A stretch of DNA of 64,000 nt from Lama glama (lineage: Eukaryota), in assembly GCA_028534125.1 (NCBI GenBank), contig CM052816.1, forward strand, positions 30,072,001 through 30,136,000. Direction: 5' to 3'. The notes beneath the pieces were generated by a model. The model saw nothing but the letters and a program-made list of their open reading frames with translations, made no database searches and was not told where the DNA came from. The position numbers were made by a program, and so were the translations under genes. Shown in pieces: positions 48,299 through 61,324 of this stretch; position 1 is the stretch's first letter; each line of letters opens with the position of its first letter.

Positions 48299-51200
48299 GT
48301 GAGTGACTTGTGAAAAATAGCTCACTACTGTTGATCGAGTCAACCAAATTACTCCAGTTTGTGAAGGAAATCCTTAGATATACTGACACAACCTTTGCTA
48401 AGCTACTCAATCGCTTCTTTTATCTTTGCTTCTCCATAAAAACCACTCATTTGAGGGAGGATTTGGGGAATGGCTTATTCAGTCAAAGAACCTGTTCTTG
48501 AGTTAACCAGGATAATTCAGTCTTCAGTGATTATCATAATGATCATGATTAATTAGTTCTTTTTCAGTGACTTATTAAGTGGTGGCCTAGAGCCCATTTC
48601 TTCTCACATCTATTTCTCTATTCCCTCGTATTTGGTTTCTCTGTTCTTTAAAGTTAGGAGTAATTTAGTCACTATGGTGCATCTAATTTTGACATGCAAA
48701 TCAGTCTGAATTTCTTTTAAAACATGAGCAAAGTAATTCAGATTGAACAGAAAGGAGAAATTTATTTTTTTTCACCAAAATAACTTCTGCAACCATTACA
48801 CCTTACCAGTGGAATGGCTCCCTATTCAGCAGAACGTTATATACAAACATTAATTTCACTGTAAGATTACCAGTTTCCAGTTATAAAATTGGGTTCATAT
48901 GTTGGCATATGTTTTTCTTGCAGTTTTTTCAGCTTGATTTCTGAACAGTTGGCCGTTCTTAAAAAGTTCAGTTCTTTGATGAATGAACAACTGTGTAATA
49001 TAATTTCTCCTTCCCCTTAAAGAGATAAAAAAATTTAAAGCAAAATAGAATTGGATTTAGCTGTGAATGTTTGATGACTCTTGTTTACTAGTGAAAAATG
49101 GAAGGCTCTGAAAATGTGCCTCCTTTGTCTTTTGCTTATTTCCAAAAAGATGTACCTGACGTCTACATATGCTATTGTGGGTTGGCAAAAGCGATTGATG
49201 TGTAAACCAAAAGAAAAGCTGTCAGAAATTGCGGTCAGAGGATGTGTGTGTTCTAAACAGTTGAGATTGACAGGGTCTCATAAGATCCGCAACTGGACAT
49301 GTGACCATTAAATCAAAAGAAGGAATTTAAGCACTAGACTCTCTCTGAGCATCGTGCAGTGAAGAGTTTTAAAAAAGTAGATTACAAAAATCTTTCTTCC
49401 TTTTTTTTTTATGTGTTCATTTCAGCTTGTAGTGAGAGAGCAGGAAGAGATATTGCTTGTTAGTACATTGTGCATGGAAAGTCAATTTTTCTTTTGCAGG
49501 CAAATGGGAAGTAAATCAGTTTGTGTCACTTCACTCAGAGTGAGAAGACTATTAAAACAACACTGTCAATACCACACAGTACGTTTCAATTCCATCAATT
49601 CTAAATGTCACTTTCGATAATATGTTATTGTAGGGTGGTCTCAAAATAAAGTGATGTTTGTACCTCATTTCTTTACTTTGGCCTGTGGGAGATTGGAGAA
49701 TAGTGGCTTGGTGAGTTAGGCTAACCTTGATCTCAAAGACACCATATTGCTAAATATGGTATATGATAAAGGAATCTTGTCCTATTTCAAACCGTTAGTT
49801 TAATGGTGTGTTAACCAAAAAATGGTTTCCTTCAGTATTAACATTGTAATTCAAATGAATTTTTGCATACGTGGTTGTCATTTTACTAGCTATGAATGCT
49901 TTCCAATAAAGAAGACAACATAGGGATGTTTTAGAAAACCCTCCTTCAGGTGGACTGTCTCAAATGAGGCTTTCTCCATACCCTGTGTGTCCTTGATGGG
50001 GCACTGTTTGAGTTCTAAGTACTTTACATGTGTTTAGTTTTGCAAGGATGCCCTGAACTCCACCACTCCCCATTCTGTGCCTTTAAAGAAATAATTGTCT
50101 CTTTCAATCACATTCAAATAAACATTTCTGGTACACAGTACAACCTGATTCTGATTATGCAGCATACAAAATGCAAGGGATCAAATCACCAGCAATTCGC
50201 TTCCCCAAGTTGCTTTCTTAAATCAGCTTTTAAATAGATTTATGTTGCCTGTGGATATAAAGCAGTAGAGTAAAACTAAACCTTCCTGATTTCCAAATCA
50301 GCATTTAAAGAGCTATAATTCATATTTAATGAAGAAAAACAGCTAAATAAGCATCCACAAGCATTTAACTAGAGACTTCATGCTCATAAAGTTTTTATCC
50401 CTTGCTAAAAGCCCCTTTACCATATCTTTTTATTATGCTTTGATACAAAATGCTAAAAGGAAGTTGGATATTGTTAGACTGCCATTAAATTATAAGAGAA
50501 CAAATATTAGGAATAAATTTCAGCTCAATTAACTAGGACAAGACTGGCAATTTTCCTAACTTGTACTGAACATTTAAGTTTTCAAAGAGAGAAAATATTT
50601 TATTGCCAACAGAACATGAAAGAATATTGAGGCCACGTGTCTCTGACCTTTTGTGTAATAACGAAGCACTTTCTATTTCAAGGTTGGACATCTTGTTTAT
50701 AAATAGGTAAATTGTGATGAGAACTGACTTTGTTTTACCTGTGAAATTGGGTTTGGCCATTTCCTCTAAAATCAAGATGGGTTGTTCAGAGCTGCTTGCC
50801 TGAAGGCAAAATATAAAATTGATAGCATAGTGTATGTGTATTTGAGGCTTTATCACCGCTCAAGTATACATGCCTCAAATCTCCACCACTGAAAAGCATC
50901 CCACCTCTGTCAAAACCAGGATCAAAGCTAGCTGAAATGAAAGAGTACACTGTTTGAGAGCTAGCTAATGCCTTTAGATGCTGTTTCCTTGGTTAGAGGC
51001 CTCAATTTTGCTTCACATTTTATCTTGTTTTCCAAACCAGACCAATATTGAAGGGTAATGATGAGACATGTTTAGAGAGTGAGTGATCAAGAAAGTTCCT
51101 TTAAATAGACACTGAGATTTCAGCATGTGTATGTGGCCACCATTTACCTCCACACTTAAGAAGGAGCCATCCCTTGTTCTAGGCATGTCCAGTGTCTTCC

Positions 51201-52429
51201 ACATTCCACTGTTCTGGACAAATAAAATGATAGGCACTGTTGGCCTCCAACAAATGCTCTCAGTTGCCTAATCAGCTTCAAGCTCAAAAAGGGTCCTGCT
51301 AACATCAGAGGCATTTATTGAGTTTTACTTACATCTCCAACTCTTTTCTTTATTAAAGAAAGTCATCACAGGTGGAAATCTGTAAACCTAATCGCTTTGA
51401 AGAACAAGAAGACACTTAGCCTAAGTTTCTTTATATTTCAGTCTTCTAAAATGTACTTGCTTTTCCAGAAAAGACAGCAGGACCCGTAGCAGCCCTTTCT
51501 CTTCTGTCTGTGGCACAGGTTTGATCGGTGCCCAAAGATGACCAAAGGCTAGGTGACCTTGGAGAGATTTCCGTATATTTAGGAGTCAGATTTTAAACCA
51601 ACCTCTGCCTTAGCGTTTTGGGAAAAGAAAAGTGACTTTGAATTTCTTCTGCATTGGATTGGCCTCTGGAATGAAATATAAGTGGTGCCCAATGGACTTC
51701 TGTTTTAATGCAGTGGAGCAAATTCAATGAATTGCCCGATTCTCTTGGGCCCTTTAGAAAACTACCCAGAGCATGGTTTTAATAGAGAAATGGCATGAAG
51801 AAATTGAGTACAGAGTCTCCCAGTACTCATCCATTAAGGCCATGACATCTGCATCACTGCCACAGGGTTATGGAGGTCCCTAGTGAAAGAGTTTAAGACT
51901 GGAGTGGGGTCGGGTCTTCAAGCCACGGGTTGTATGTGTGGAATGACTCACTCTGCATCTGAAGGATGTCTGTATCTAGTGACCTGTTGATGGGCTTATG
52001 AAGATGAAAGAATCCTTTAGTGTCAGAATCCTTAATAGAGATGATTCTCATACCCTGCCACTGTTGGAAACATACCCAGCACACTTCAAAGGACGTTAGC
52101 TGTGGGCAGTCAGCTTTGGTGTGTGAGGTGAGCATTTGTGTGCTTACCTTACATCTACATCACAGTACTGATCGTTAGCTTAGGTGGACCATTCTTAGGA
52201 ATGAAATGCTAATTTGGTTTAGCATTCCTGTGAAATAACATTTTAAAAATAGCAAATGTACTATAAAATTGATTCATACCTGTGCATCTAGGGCATTGAT
52301 GCTGCTCCAGTAATATGCTCTATATGCCTTAGATCTCATTATGAAAACCATGTATGTTTATTACAGAAATTTGGAATTTGTGGGAACAGCACGAAGTGAA
52401 AACTCTATTACAGCTTCAATTATTTCTTA

Positions 52430-53120
52430 TCCATATCAGAAGTATGCATATGATATATATTAGAATTGTATATTCAGAACTAATTTTCCTTCCATTTTTG
52501 CATGTTTTAGATGTGAATGAGTATACTTCTGTGCTACTATTTTAATTGCTTTATTACATTCTATATTGATACAACATGACTTACTTGACCAGTCCATTAA
52601 TTACAGACATTTAGATTGTTTCCAGATTTAGAGTATAACAAATAATGCTATAATATGAATAACCCTTAGTAGGCAACTTTGTGCAATCTCTACTACTCCA
52701 GGATGATTTTTAAGAGTGAAAGCATTCTAACAATTGAGTAGCTTAGTACCATGATTCTTGTATATATTGCCAAGTTGCCTTCCATAAAGGTCATACTAAT
52801 TTTCTTTCTCACAAACATATCCTGAGAATTTATTTCACCATACTATAGTCAACACTAAGAATTCTTGTTTTTTTAAATAACAGCCAATTAGTAGATAGCC
52901 AGTGCTATTTCATTTTTAAATTTTCACACATGATCACATAAAATGTTGAATGATTTTCACATTCTTGTCAGCAATTTACACATCTTATTTGGTCTGCTGT
53001 CTGTTTTTGTCATTTGCCCAAGTCTTTCCTACAGGATACTTGCTTTATTCATGTTGATGTTGAGACCTCTTGATATATTAGTAATATCAACACATCTTTT
53101 TGTCATGTATTAAAATATTA
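52430..53120 (-). mobile_element. Old L1ME-like 3' region
   Basis: gacatttagattgtttccag, ataacaaataatgcta, tattgccaagttgccttccataaagg. Confidence 0.75.
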
Positions 53121-54229
53121 GTTTGTGGTTTGAAAAGGGGCGTTTCCCAGCAGGTGTTGTTTTCTGTAATTTACTTAGGGTAGTCTTAACATGGGTAGGC
53201 ACAGTGACTGAGCATTCAAGAAAGGAAGCCAAGGAATGTGCTGGACATGGAAGAACAGCAGAGTGGAGGGAGGTAACAGGAGGCCAGAGTTCACATTTGT
53301 GTGTTTGAACTCATATAATGGAGACAAAGAATCTTCTGGGGTGTTCTTAAATAACCACTTGAGAAACATTAAGATTTTTCCCCCCATAAGCAATAATTTG
53401 TGGTTGGACAGATTAACAGGTGATTGATAGGCCAGGTAAAGTGAGTAAACTCTTCTGTGTGATTAAGGTGACAATCAGAGAGGTACATTAACCCTTAAGG
53501 TCATGAAGCTTCCACATGCTACCCTCCAGTTGCAATTTACTAGTAACCTTTATAAGTTGGTGATCTTTTAAGTGTCTTTTTAAAAGAGAAATTTACTCAA
53601 ACAAGCCCACCCAGTGGGACTTGGGGTAAGTGTGTGTGGCCTGTACCCGCTAGCTTTTTGGAGCCCACATCCTGGGCTGCAGTATTAATAATAATCAGAT
53701 TACTGAAGGTGGTGCCTGTGGCCACCAACGTTGTCTGTCTGGTGTGTGTTTAGGAGTTGTTTTTCTCCAGTCTATTCTGACATTAGCTAAAAAAAATTTT
53801 GTCCCCTGCTGGGAACATTGTTTATTTACTTTCACTGCCTTATCCATTATTCCAAGGACTTTAGAACCATTAGGGAGATGGATATTGCGTGTTCTTCCAT
53901 AGCAAAGAGATTAATTCTAATCAAGAGGTTGTCACTTTTTATTCTGTTCATTGGAGGCTAGACTGTTGAACTGACTTCACTGACAGCTTTCACAGGCCCA
54001 TCACTTAAGATAATGGATAAAATGGAACATTTTATTGAAGCAGGATTCATTTCTTAGTATAACATGAATAAACTACATTGCTCATGTTTGCAATACAAAT
54101 GTGCGGTCAAGGAGGGAATAAATTACCAGATATATTGTGCTGTTTTTATGTTAACTCTTTAGTAAATTTTAATCTTTTCTCTCTTGCTCCTTTTTAGTAC
54201 AAATATGGCAGAGGCCTTTTTTGATCATA

Positions 54230-54375
54230 GCTTGCAGTCCTGAAAATTACTCCTCAGGTAGTTTAAGTATGTACCATACAGGGATATGGTGAGGATTAAA
54301 AATGATAAAGCTTGGGAAAGTGCTTTGAAAAAATTGTGAAGCACTTCACAAATACCAGGAACAGTGATGATTATT
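54230..54375 (+). mobile_element. MIR 3' half
   Basis: gtaccatacagggatatggtgaggattaaaaatgataaagcttgggaaagtgcttt. Confidence 0.65.
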
Positions 54376-54837
54376 TGCAGGCCGAGTACAACATCTTGGC
54401 CTTTGCTCCAACTTTTGCAGAGATCACTACCAGTGACAGAGAGTGAGTGAGTGACAGCGCTGATGAGGGTGAAGATGAAGGATAAAAACCTCAGGACAGG
54501 AGAAGCATATCTGCAAAAGTCATTAAGCTTGGAGGAGGGAAAGGTTTTTTTTGGGGGGGGGCTGTGGGCAGTGGGGTGGCTTTGTTTCTGTTTAGACATC
54601 TGTATAGACTCCTAATCACCACATGGAGCCAAGAAGTACAGTAAGTTTTTAAAGTTTCCCTGTTTATCATACTCTTCCTTCATGCTGTCAGCATGATGCA
54701 AAGGAAACGGCCTGACCTGCACGTCAAGAGAATTGAGTGTAATTTGTCCCAGCCATGCCATGCACTGTATCAGTGGCACTGGGAAATCTACTTATTTTAT
54801 CAGTTTCTTCACCTAAGAAGGGGTATTTGAGGAGATT

Positions 54838-55080
54838 AGTTTTTACAAAGTTGGTATATATATATAGTGCTGGTAGTTAAGGTGATCTTAGGTGGTATGT
54901 GCAACATATTTATTATGCATTCATTTCAATGTGTATTGGAATAAATATAATTAGTGTGTAAAGCACATAACTTTATGGATGTTAAGTGAAAAAGTGAGAA
55001 AAAAGTGTTTAGTAAATACTAGTACCAAGGGGATGCAGATGTGGCAAAAATCATGAAGGAAGGACGTTTGGGAGGTGCTG
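54838..55080 (-). mobile_element. hAT-Charlie element (Charlie18a-like)
   Basis: agtaaatactagtac...gatgtggcaaaaatcatgaagg...gtttgggaggtgctg resembles the recalled terminal region. Confidence 0.55.
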
Positions 55081-56289
55081 GCCTCGATTATCTTGAATTT
55101 CATGTTGAGCCCTAATGTTTAAAGTGTACAGTTTCTTAAGGGAGACAAGGTCAGTGGCAACCATTTCAGTGGTATCTATTTGTTCGTTTCTGTAGGTTTC
55201 TGGATCAGAGTAGGCCACAGGTGACCTTCTACGTAGCATCAGTCAGTCCAGAAATTGCAGTATGACTTTAGTGCACGAGCAGTATTGCTGGCCTGAGTCT
55301 CAGTGCACATCAGAGACAGGACAGGAAAGGAGAACTGGGTCTAGTGGTAGGTCAGAGCAGCTGCACACTTCAGTGCACGGAGCGTTCAGGGGCTGCTGAC
55401 CCCCTCTGGTCACTTTGTCACATTTTCTCTGTTGCGTTATCTTTGCAGACAATGATGCTTGTGCACTGTTAATTTCACTCATCCGGTGGGTTCTCAGAAG
55501 TCACATCGTCCCATTCTGGAAGAGGTGATATATATAAAGGCCACCCAATGACACCTTCTTTGGCTTTTTTGTGCCATTTTATTAGCCACATATTTTAGAA
55601 AATATTTAAAGAAGACAATTCTTAAACCTTTTAGGGTGTCACTTAGAGAAGAATTTCATCCAGCCGTGAGAGTGCTTCAGAATATCCTGAGCATCTGATC
55701 CTCATTGCTTCATTATTCAGTGATGAGAAAGCAGTGAGACTGCATGGTCTCCTGCTGAGTCTGCAAAAGAAATGAGAAGCGATGCCCACTGGGTTGCAGT
55801 CTATTCATCAATAGTAGTCATCAATTTTACAGAAGTCTTACCAAAAGTAACAAAGTTACTTGTATCCAATACTTTTTGAAAAACAGAATTGTAATTGAAT
55901 ACAATTCCTTGTTTGTTTTGCTCTTTATATTGTATCTACCAGGCCCATTAGTGGCAATTAATGCTTCAGGTTCTAGTTCAAATGCCCTTTTAATGTTCAT
56001 CAGGTGAACCTCAGGCAGAACCAAAAGTGAGAGGTGTATGGCTTTTCTCAGAGGTTCGGCAGCTTTTGTAGAAGCTCCGCCAGTGGCCCCTGGTTGGGCG
56101 GGTGGTAAGAGGATGATTGCAGGACACAGCAGTTGACACCCTGCTTGTGAGTCAGAATACAATGGGGTTAGTTGTGTCTTCTGGTTTTGGAAAAGGATGG
56201 CAAATGTTTTTGCTGTTAAGAAAAGCTCTTTCATAAACTGACACATGAAGTTCACTGCCTTTATCCACTTGGAACCGAATCATGCAGGA

Positions 56290-56490
56290 AGGGCAGTGCA
56301 GTGTGCTGGCTAAAGACCACCGTGCAGCCAAACTGATCTGCCTTCGAATCTTGCTATCATGTGGCCGGAGTGAGGTGCATCTCCGGAATGTACTTGGAAA
56401 TGGGGGTAATGAGAGCATCTAACTCTAAAGTTTGCTGTGAGGATCAAATGAAATATCAGGTGCCACTCATGGTGCACTTTGAATCTTAAT
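56290..56490 (+). mobile_element. MIR SINE
   Basis: gcagtgcagtgtgctggctaa...ggaaatgggggtaatgag...ttgctgtgaggatcaaatga. Confidence 0.65.
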
Positions 56491-56644
56491 CTCATTTCTT
56501 ATTGCAGTTTCTGAGTAGGTTCTGTGCTGATGACTAACTTCCTGCTTGGGGCATTCTGTGATGCCTCAGACGTGGAGGACCCGTGGAACTGAGCTGGTCT
56601 GTCTGTGCAGACTGGGAGGGATACACATCAGAACACTGTGGGTG

Positions 56645-57050
56645 TACATAGTTCTGTGTTCCATTTCAGGTTAATACAATGTATACGGTTGGAGACAAGG
56701 GTCAATATTCTCTTTTTTTTTAAGAAAGAGTTGATTGACCATCATTTGCTAAGAGACTATATATTTCCCATTGATACGACTTCTTGCTTTTGTAAAAGGT
56801 CTATTGACCATGTATATATGGGCCTCTTTCTGGGCTCTGTATTCTGTCCTGGTCTATCTTTTTGCCAATACCAGACTGTCTTAATTGCTGTGACTTCTAC
56901 TGAGTTCTGATATCAGACAGAATAAGACCTTCAGTGTTCTTGTTCCTTTTAAAAAGGCTCTGGTTATCTCAGTACTTTTATATTCCTACATAAATTTTAG
57001 AATCAATTTGCCAACTTTTATAAAAAGGCTTCTCAAATTCTGATCAGGCT
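56645..57050 (-). mobile_element. Old L1 ORF2 fragment
   Basis: ttgaccatgtatatatgggcctctttctgggctctgtattctg...ataaattttagaatcaatttg. Confidence 0.8.
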
Positions 57051-57089
57051 GGCTACAGTTTTTAAGAGAAGGTTTATGCAGTCAACCTT

Positions 57090-59065
57090 GCTCCTTTCTT
57101 TTCTTACTGCCCTAGGGGTGGTGAACCCCCTCAGGTTTTATTGGTCTGGCAAAGGCTTTGTACATCCTTCATATCTGAGTAATAATTTTGTGGGGTAGAG
57201 TATTCTTGGCTGACAGGTTTTATCTTTCAATATTTTGAGCATGTCATTCTACTCTCTCTTGACTTGTTGAGTTTCTGCTGAGAAATCTTCTGATAGCCTA
57301 ATGAGGGCTCTTTTGTAGGTTACTGTCCTTTTTTCTCCCTGTCTCCCTGTAAAACTCCTTGTCATTGACTTTTGACAGTTTTAATATAATGTGTCTTAGT
57401 GAAGGTCTTTCCTGAGATAATGAGAGTTCTCTTCGCTTCATGGTCTTGCATATCCAGCTCCTTCCCCAGTTTGGGAAGTTCTCAACTATTGTTTCTTAAA
57501 ATAAACTCTCTGCTCCCTTCTCCCTCTCTTCTTCTGGCATTCCCATTATCCTTACAGTGCCTTCCCTAATAGAGTCAGATAGTTACCATAGAATTTCTTC
57601 TTTTTTTTCCCCAGATGTTTCCTCTCCACTTCTACCTGTCTCCAGCCTAGATTTCTACCTTTGAGCGCACTAGTCCTCCCTTTCTTGTGGTCTGCTGTGC
57701 TTCCAGAGCTTTCTGATGAGCTCTTCATCTCATTTATTGAGCTCTACAGTTTCTGAATTTATGTCCATTTGGTTCTTTTTGGGGGTTTCAGTCTCTTTGG
57801 TGAGGTATTCCTCTTGGTCGTTAACTATTCCTGAGCTCAGTGACCTGCCCGTCTGGGTTTCCGTGGAGCTTGTGGAGTTTCCTTGTGACGACTGTTTTGA
57901 ATTCTCTGTCGGATTGCAGTATCCCGTGACCTTAACTTTAGTGTTTGGAGAGTTGTTATTTTCTTTTTGTGACACCGTGTTCCCATGGTTTTTCATTGTG
58001 CTTGATGAGTTGTTCTTCTGCTGGTTGATTTGATGTAGTGAATACCTTTTTCTCCAGCAGCTCAACAGGTTAGTAATTAGTGGCCTTTCTTTTGCTTTTC
58101 AGTAGGTGGCACTATAGCACAAACTTTTGATTTCTCCTACCTGTACTGCCTCTGGCTATGTTGGAGAGTCTGTGCCTTCCACCTTCCACTGCCTCTAACC
58201 ACAGTTGTCATGTATGCGCTTGTCTTTTGCTGCTTGTGCCTCCAGGATTGTTGGTGACTTGCTGCTGCAGGTGTCACTGCTGTCTCTTGTGTCTCTGCCT
58301 GGAGCACCCAAATGGTGGACACCTACATCTGGAGCTGCCTGAGTCGTGGGCACCACACCATGGGGAGCGTCAGATATTGGGAAGGGAGCTGGGATCACTT
58401 AGGGACTCTTCTGTGACTGGAGGAATGGGGTTGCAGGCCCCACAAGTGGAATTAAATTTGTAATTAAAAAAAAAGAGAGAGAGAAAACTCCCAGCACACA
58501 CAAGTTTCAAACCAGACAGCTTCATAGAAGAACTCTACCAAGCATAAAAAGAAGAGTAATACCTATCATTTTCAAACTTTTCCAAAAAATTAAAGAAGAC
58601 AAAACTCTCAAATTGATTCTGCAAGACCACCATTGCCCTGATAACAAAACCAGACAAAGACACTACAAAAAAAAGAAAATTATAGGTCAATATGTTTGAT
58701 GTATATTGATGTAAAAATTGTTGACAAAGTAGCAAACCAAATCCAATGATACATAAAAATGGTCATACATTATGATCAGGGTGGTTTTATTCCAGTATCA
58801 CAAGGATGGGTCAACATTTGCTAATCAATCAGTGTGTTACTTCCAGGGACCTGGGATTGCCTGCACTGCCTCTGTGGTTTCCTGGTTCTGCCTCCTCTGT
58901 GTGATCCAGTCCACCCACTTTTGCACATATAGATGTGTGGAACTCCCTGGTGTCCTTGTGTGCTGGGCAGAGGTATCTTTGAGTTATGTATGTTTTACTG
59001 GTTGTAGATTGAAGAGGAGAGACAAAGGGAGTGTCTTAAGCCACCATGATGCTGACGTCACTCCC
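57090..59065 (-). mobile_element. L1 (L1MA-like) 5' UTR plus decayed ORF1, no contiguous ORF2
   Basis: Minus-strand 5' start gggagtgacgtcagcatcatggtgg; ORF 57730-58065 contains MKNHGNTVSQKENNNSP (ORF1 N-terminus); aagaatactctacccc ORF1 motif. Confidence 0.85.
58441..58840 (+). mobile_element. L1 ORF2 (start of RT) fragment in opposite orientation inside the L1 5' UTR
   Basis: aaaccagacaaagacactacaaaaaaagaaaattataggtcaatatg...atgatcagggtggttttattccag (KPDKDTTKKENYR.I..; DQ.GFIP). Confidence 0.88.
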
Positions 59066-59499
59066 TACTTCCCTTCATTTCTTAGACATAGCATGGTCCC
59101 CGAATCTTTTAATGTTTGAAAAAAATGTGTAATTTATAATGTCCATTTTTCTTATGATGAGGTACTTAATTGATGACTGATTTGTTTTATTGCTGTTCTA
59201 CTTGACAGATGTCACACTCCGAGTTTATGAAGACCTCATTGCTCTTTAACAGCTTTCTTTCCTTCTCAGATACGGATACACTTGGAGATTTATGCATTGA
59301 TGTAGTACAACTTTCGTTAAATCAAAAGCACAGATAGCGACCAGGCATTGCATACCATGGCCTGATCGTAAATGAATCACACATGGTGTTCCCAGCTAAT
59401 TAGTGTTTGCTGAAAGGTAAAGAATGGTTTATGTAGACAGTTTCTCTTAGAATACTGAGATGTTATTGCTGAAAGGGAGAAGGAAGACTATAATTTCTA

Positions 59500-59700
59500 G
59501 GCTTTTTTAGTGGTAGATGCCATTTCGGTTACCTATTTCATTTAATCCTCACAACAATTCTATAAATGAATATTAGCACCATTTTACAGATGACATTACA
59601 GACCAAGCGATGTACATTAAAAAAACATTCCCAAGGTCTAAAGACCTCAGCTTGGATGGAAATGTGAAATCCGTGGTCTTTATAGTATTCGTCAGCTTAG
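59500..59700 (-). mobile_element. MIR SINE
   Basis: tcatttaatcctcacaacaattctat...ccattttacagatga. Confidence 0.75.
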
Positions 59701-60674
59701 AGTACACACAGAACAACTTTTAAGAAATTATTAGAAATGAGCCTGAAGGAGTTAAGTTTCTTGTTCAGTTTTGTGAAGTGAATTCATGACAGATCCAGGA
59801 CAAATTCAATTTTCAGGTTCTTAGTCTTTTGCAATCTTTTACATTGTCTATTTTATCCAAGAAATTATAGCATAGACTCACTGTCTGATTTTGAATGTAG
59901 TTTTTTTCGTTTACTGGATATGTGATCTTGGACATCTATAAAATGGAGATGTGAACAGAATCTACTTAGGCATATTGCAACCAAATACATGCAAAGAGCT
60001 TGTGCATGTAGTAAGTGCTCAGCAATGAGTAAATTCTGCAACTAATGGTAATTCTAGGATCACATTCTGTCTCCTCTCTTACCATTGTCAAATCACAAGA
60101 ACAAATCAGCTGTCCTTCTTTAATACATGGGTATAAATTTAATATTCTTTATTAGCTTTTCTGTAGAGTATTTCTTATATTTTGTACTTTATTTCTCATT
60201 TTGTTGAAGTTTGTCAGTTTTAGTGAGAAGATGAAAAGAACCTGTGTTGATACAAAAGAAGGGTAAATAGACATTTTAGAGAATTCCTAAAATCATACTG
60301 CTTGACCAAAGTCACCCACCAAGTTTATGCCTGAGGCTTACAGTGAGTGGGATAAAGAAAGTCATTGTTTAAAGATCACGTCCCGTCTCATTAGGAGTAG
60401 ACATACTTGGAACCACATGCTTCAATGACTGCACAGAAAATGTCAAGAATAGTAAGTTCCTTTGGGTTGGTAGTGCACAATTCCAGGAGAGTTCATGTAT
60501 GAGGCAGTAGTAACAGGAAGACAGTGACTTTCAGGCATCTATTAGGACAGGGGCCAATCTGATCCACACATTTAAGGAGCTTCGGAAGTACTCTGTACTG
60601 AGATCTAGGGGGACTGCTTTTTGCATCTTGAGCTTAGTACTAACTACTTTTATTCTTTGGAAAAACCATGTGAA

Positions 60675-60870
60675 CTTCTGTTGTCCAAAATAGTAGCCAC
60701 TTGCACATGTGAATATTTAAATTTATAATCATTAAAATAAAATTGAATTAAAAATTCAGTTTCTCTGATTAGTCACAAGTGCTCATTAGTCACAGTAACT
60801 CATGGCTATTATATTTAATGGTGCAGAGTAACATTTACATCTTTGTGGAAAGTTCTATTTGACTGCATTG
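60675..60870 (-). mobile_element. hAT-Charlie MITE MER3
   Basis: tgtccaaaatagtagccact..cacatgtg...ttaaaaattcagtttctc...ggaaagttctatttgactgcattg. Confidence 0.85.
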
Positions 60871-61094
60871 AAAACCTTCTGGCCTCACTTTCTCCTTCTG
60901 TAAAATAAGAGAGTGGGCTCTCTCCATGGTTTCTCCTAGTCTGATGTTCGAAGACTTCTTGATGACAGCTTACACTGGGGTGGGTAAGCTTAGGCTGTGT
61001 TATAGTATCATCTCCATGAAAATTCCTTTAACAATTGGAAATAAAATTTAGAAGTTTGTGGTAAGCAAACTGCTGTGTCACTAGTAGTCACTGC

Positions 61095-61210
61095 CTTTTG
61101 TCTTCTCCCCACTCCCCTCCCCATCTTCCTCCTCCTCTCCCTCCTTCCTGTCCTCCTTTTTTCCTCTCCTCTTTTTTTTTCCCCTTCCTCCTCTTCTTCC
61201 TTTGTCTTTC
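61095..61210. repeat. Long polypyrimidine (CT-rich) low-complexity tract
   Basis: ~115 bp almost purely C/T. Confidence 0.9.
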
Positions 61211-61324
61211 AAGATCAAGGCCGTTAGTCCTGGACCATAACGGTGACCCAGCAAATTCCGCTGGTAGCAGGTGGCTATCTTCACAAAGACGGTTTTATCT
61301 GCTGCTCTTAAGGTGGTGGTGACA

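Noticed and set aside
52209..52230. Small hairpin aatgctaa...ttagcatt
   Set aside because: An 8-bp AT-rich stem is expected by chance and too short for a pre-miRNA
40097..53428. Three TGATTGAT octamers (40097, 44217, 53421) as window-wide enrichment
   Set aside because: About what is expected by chance in 64 kb of AT-rich DNA
55827..56255. 142-aa minus-strand ORF
   Set aside because: No recognisable homology or exon structure
60768..60794. Direct repeat attagtcaca x2
   Set aside because: Corresponds to internal repeats of MER3
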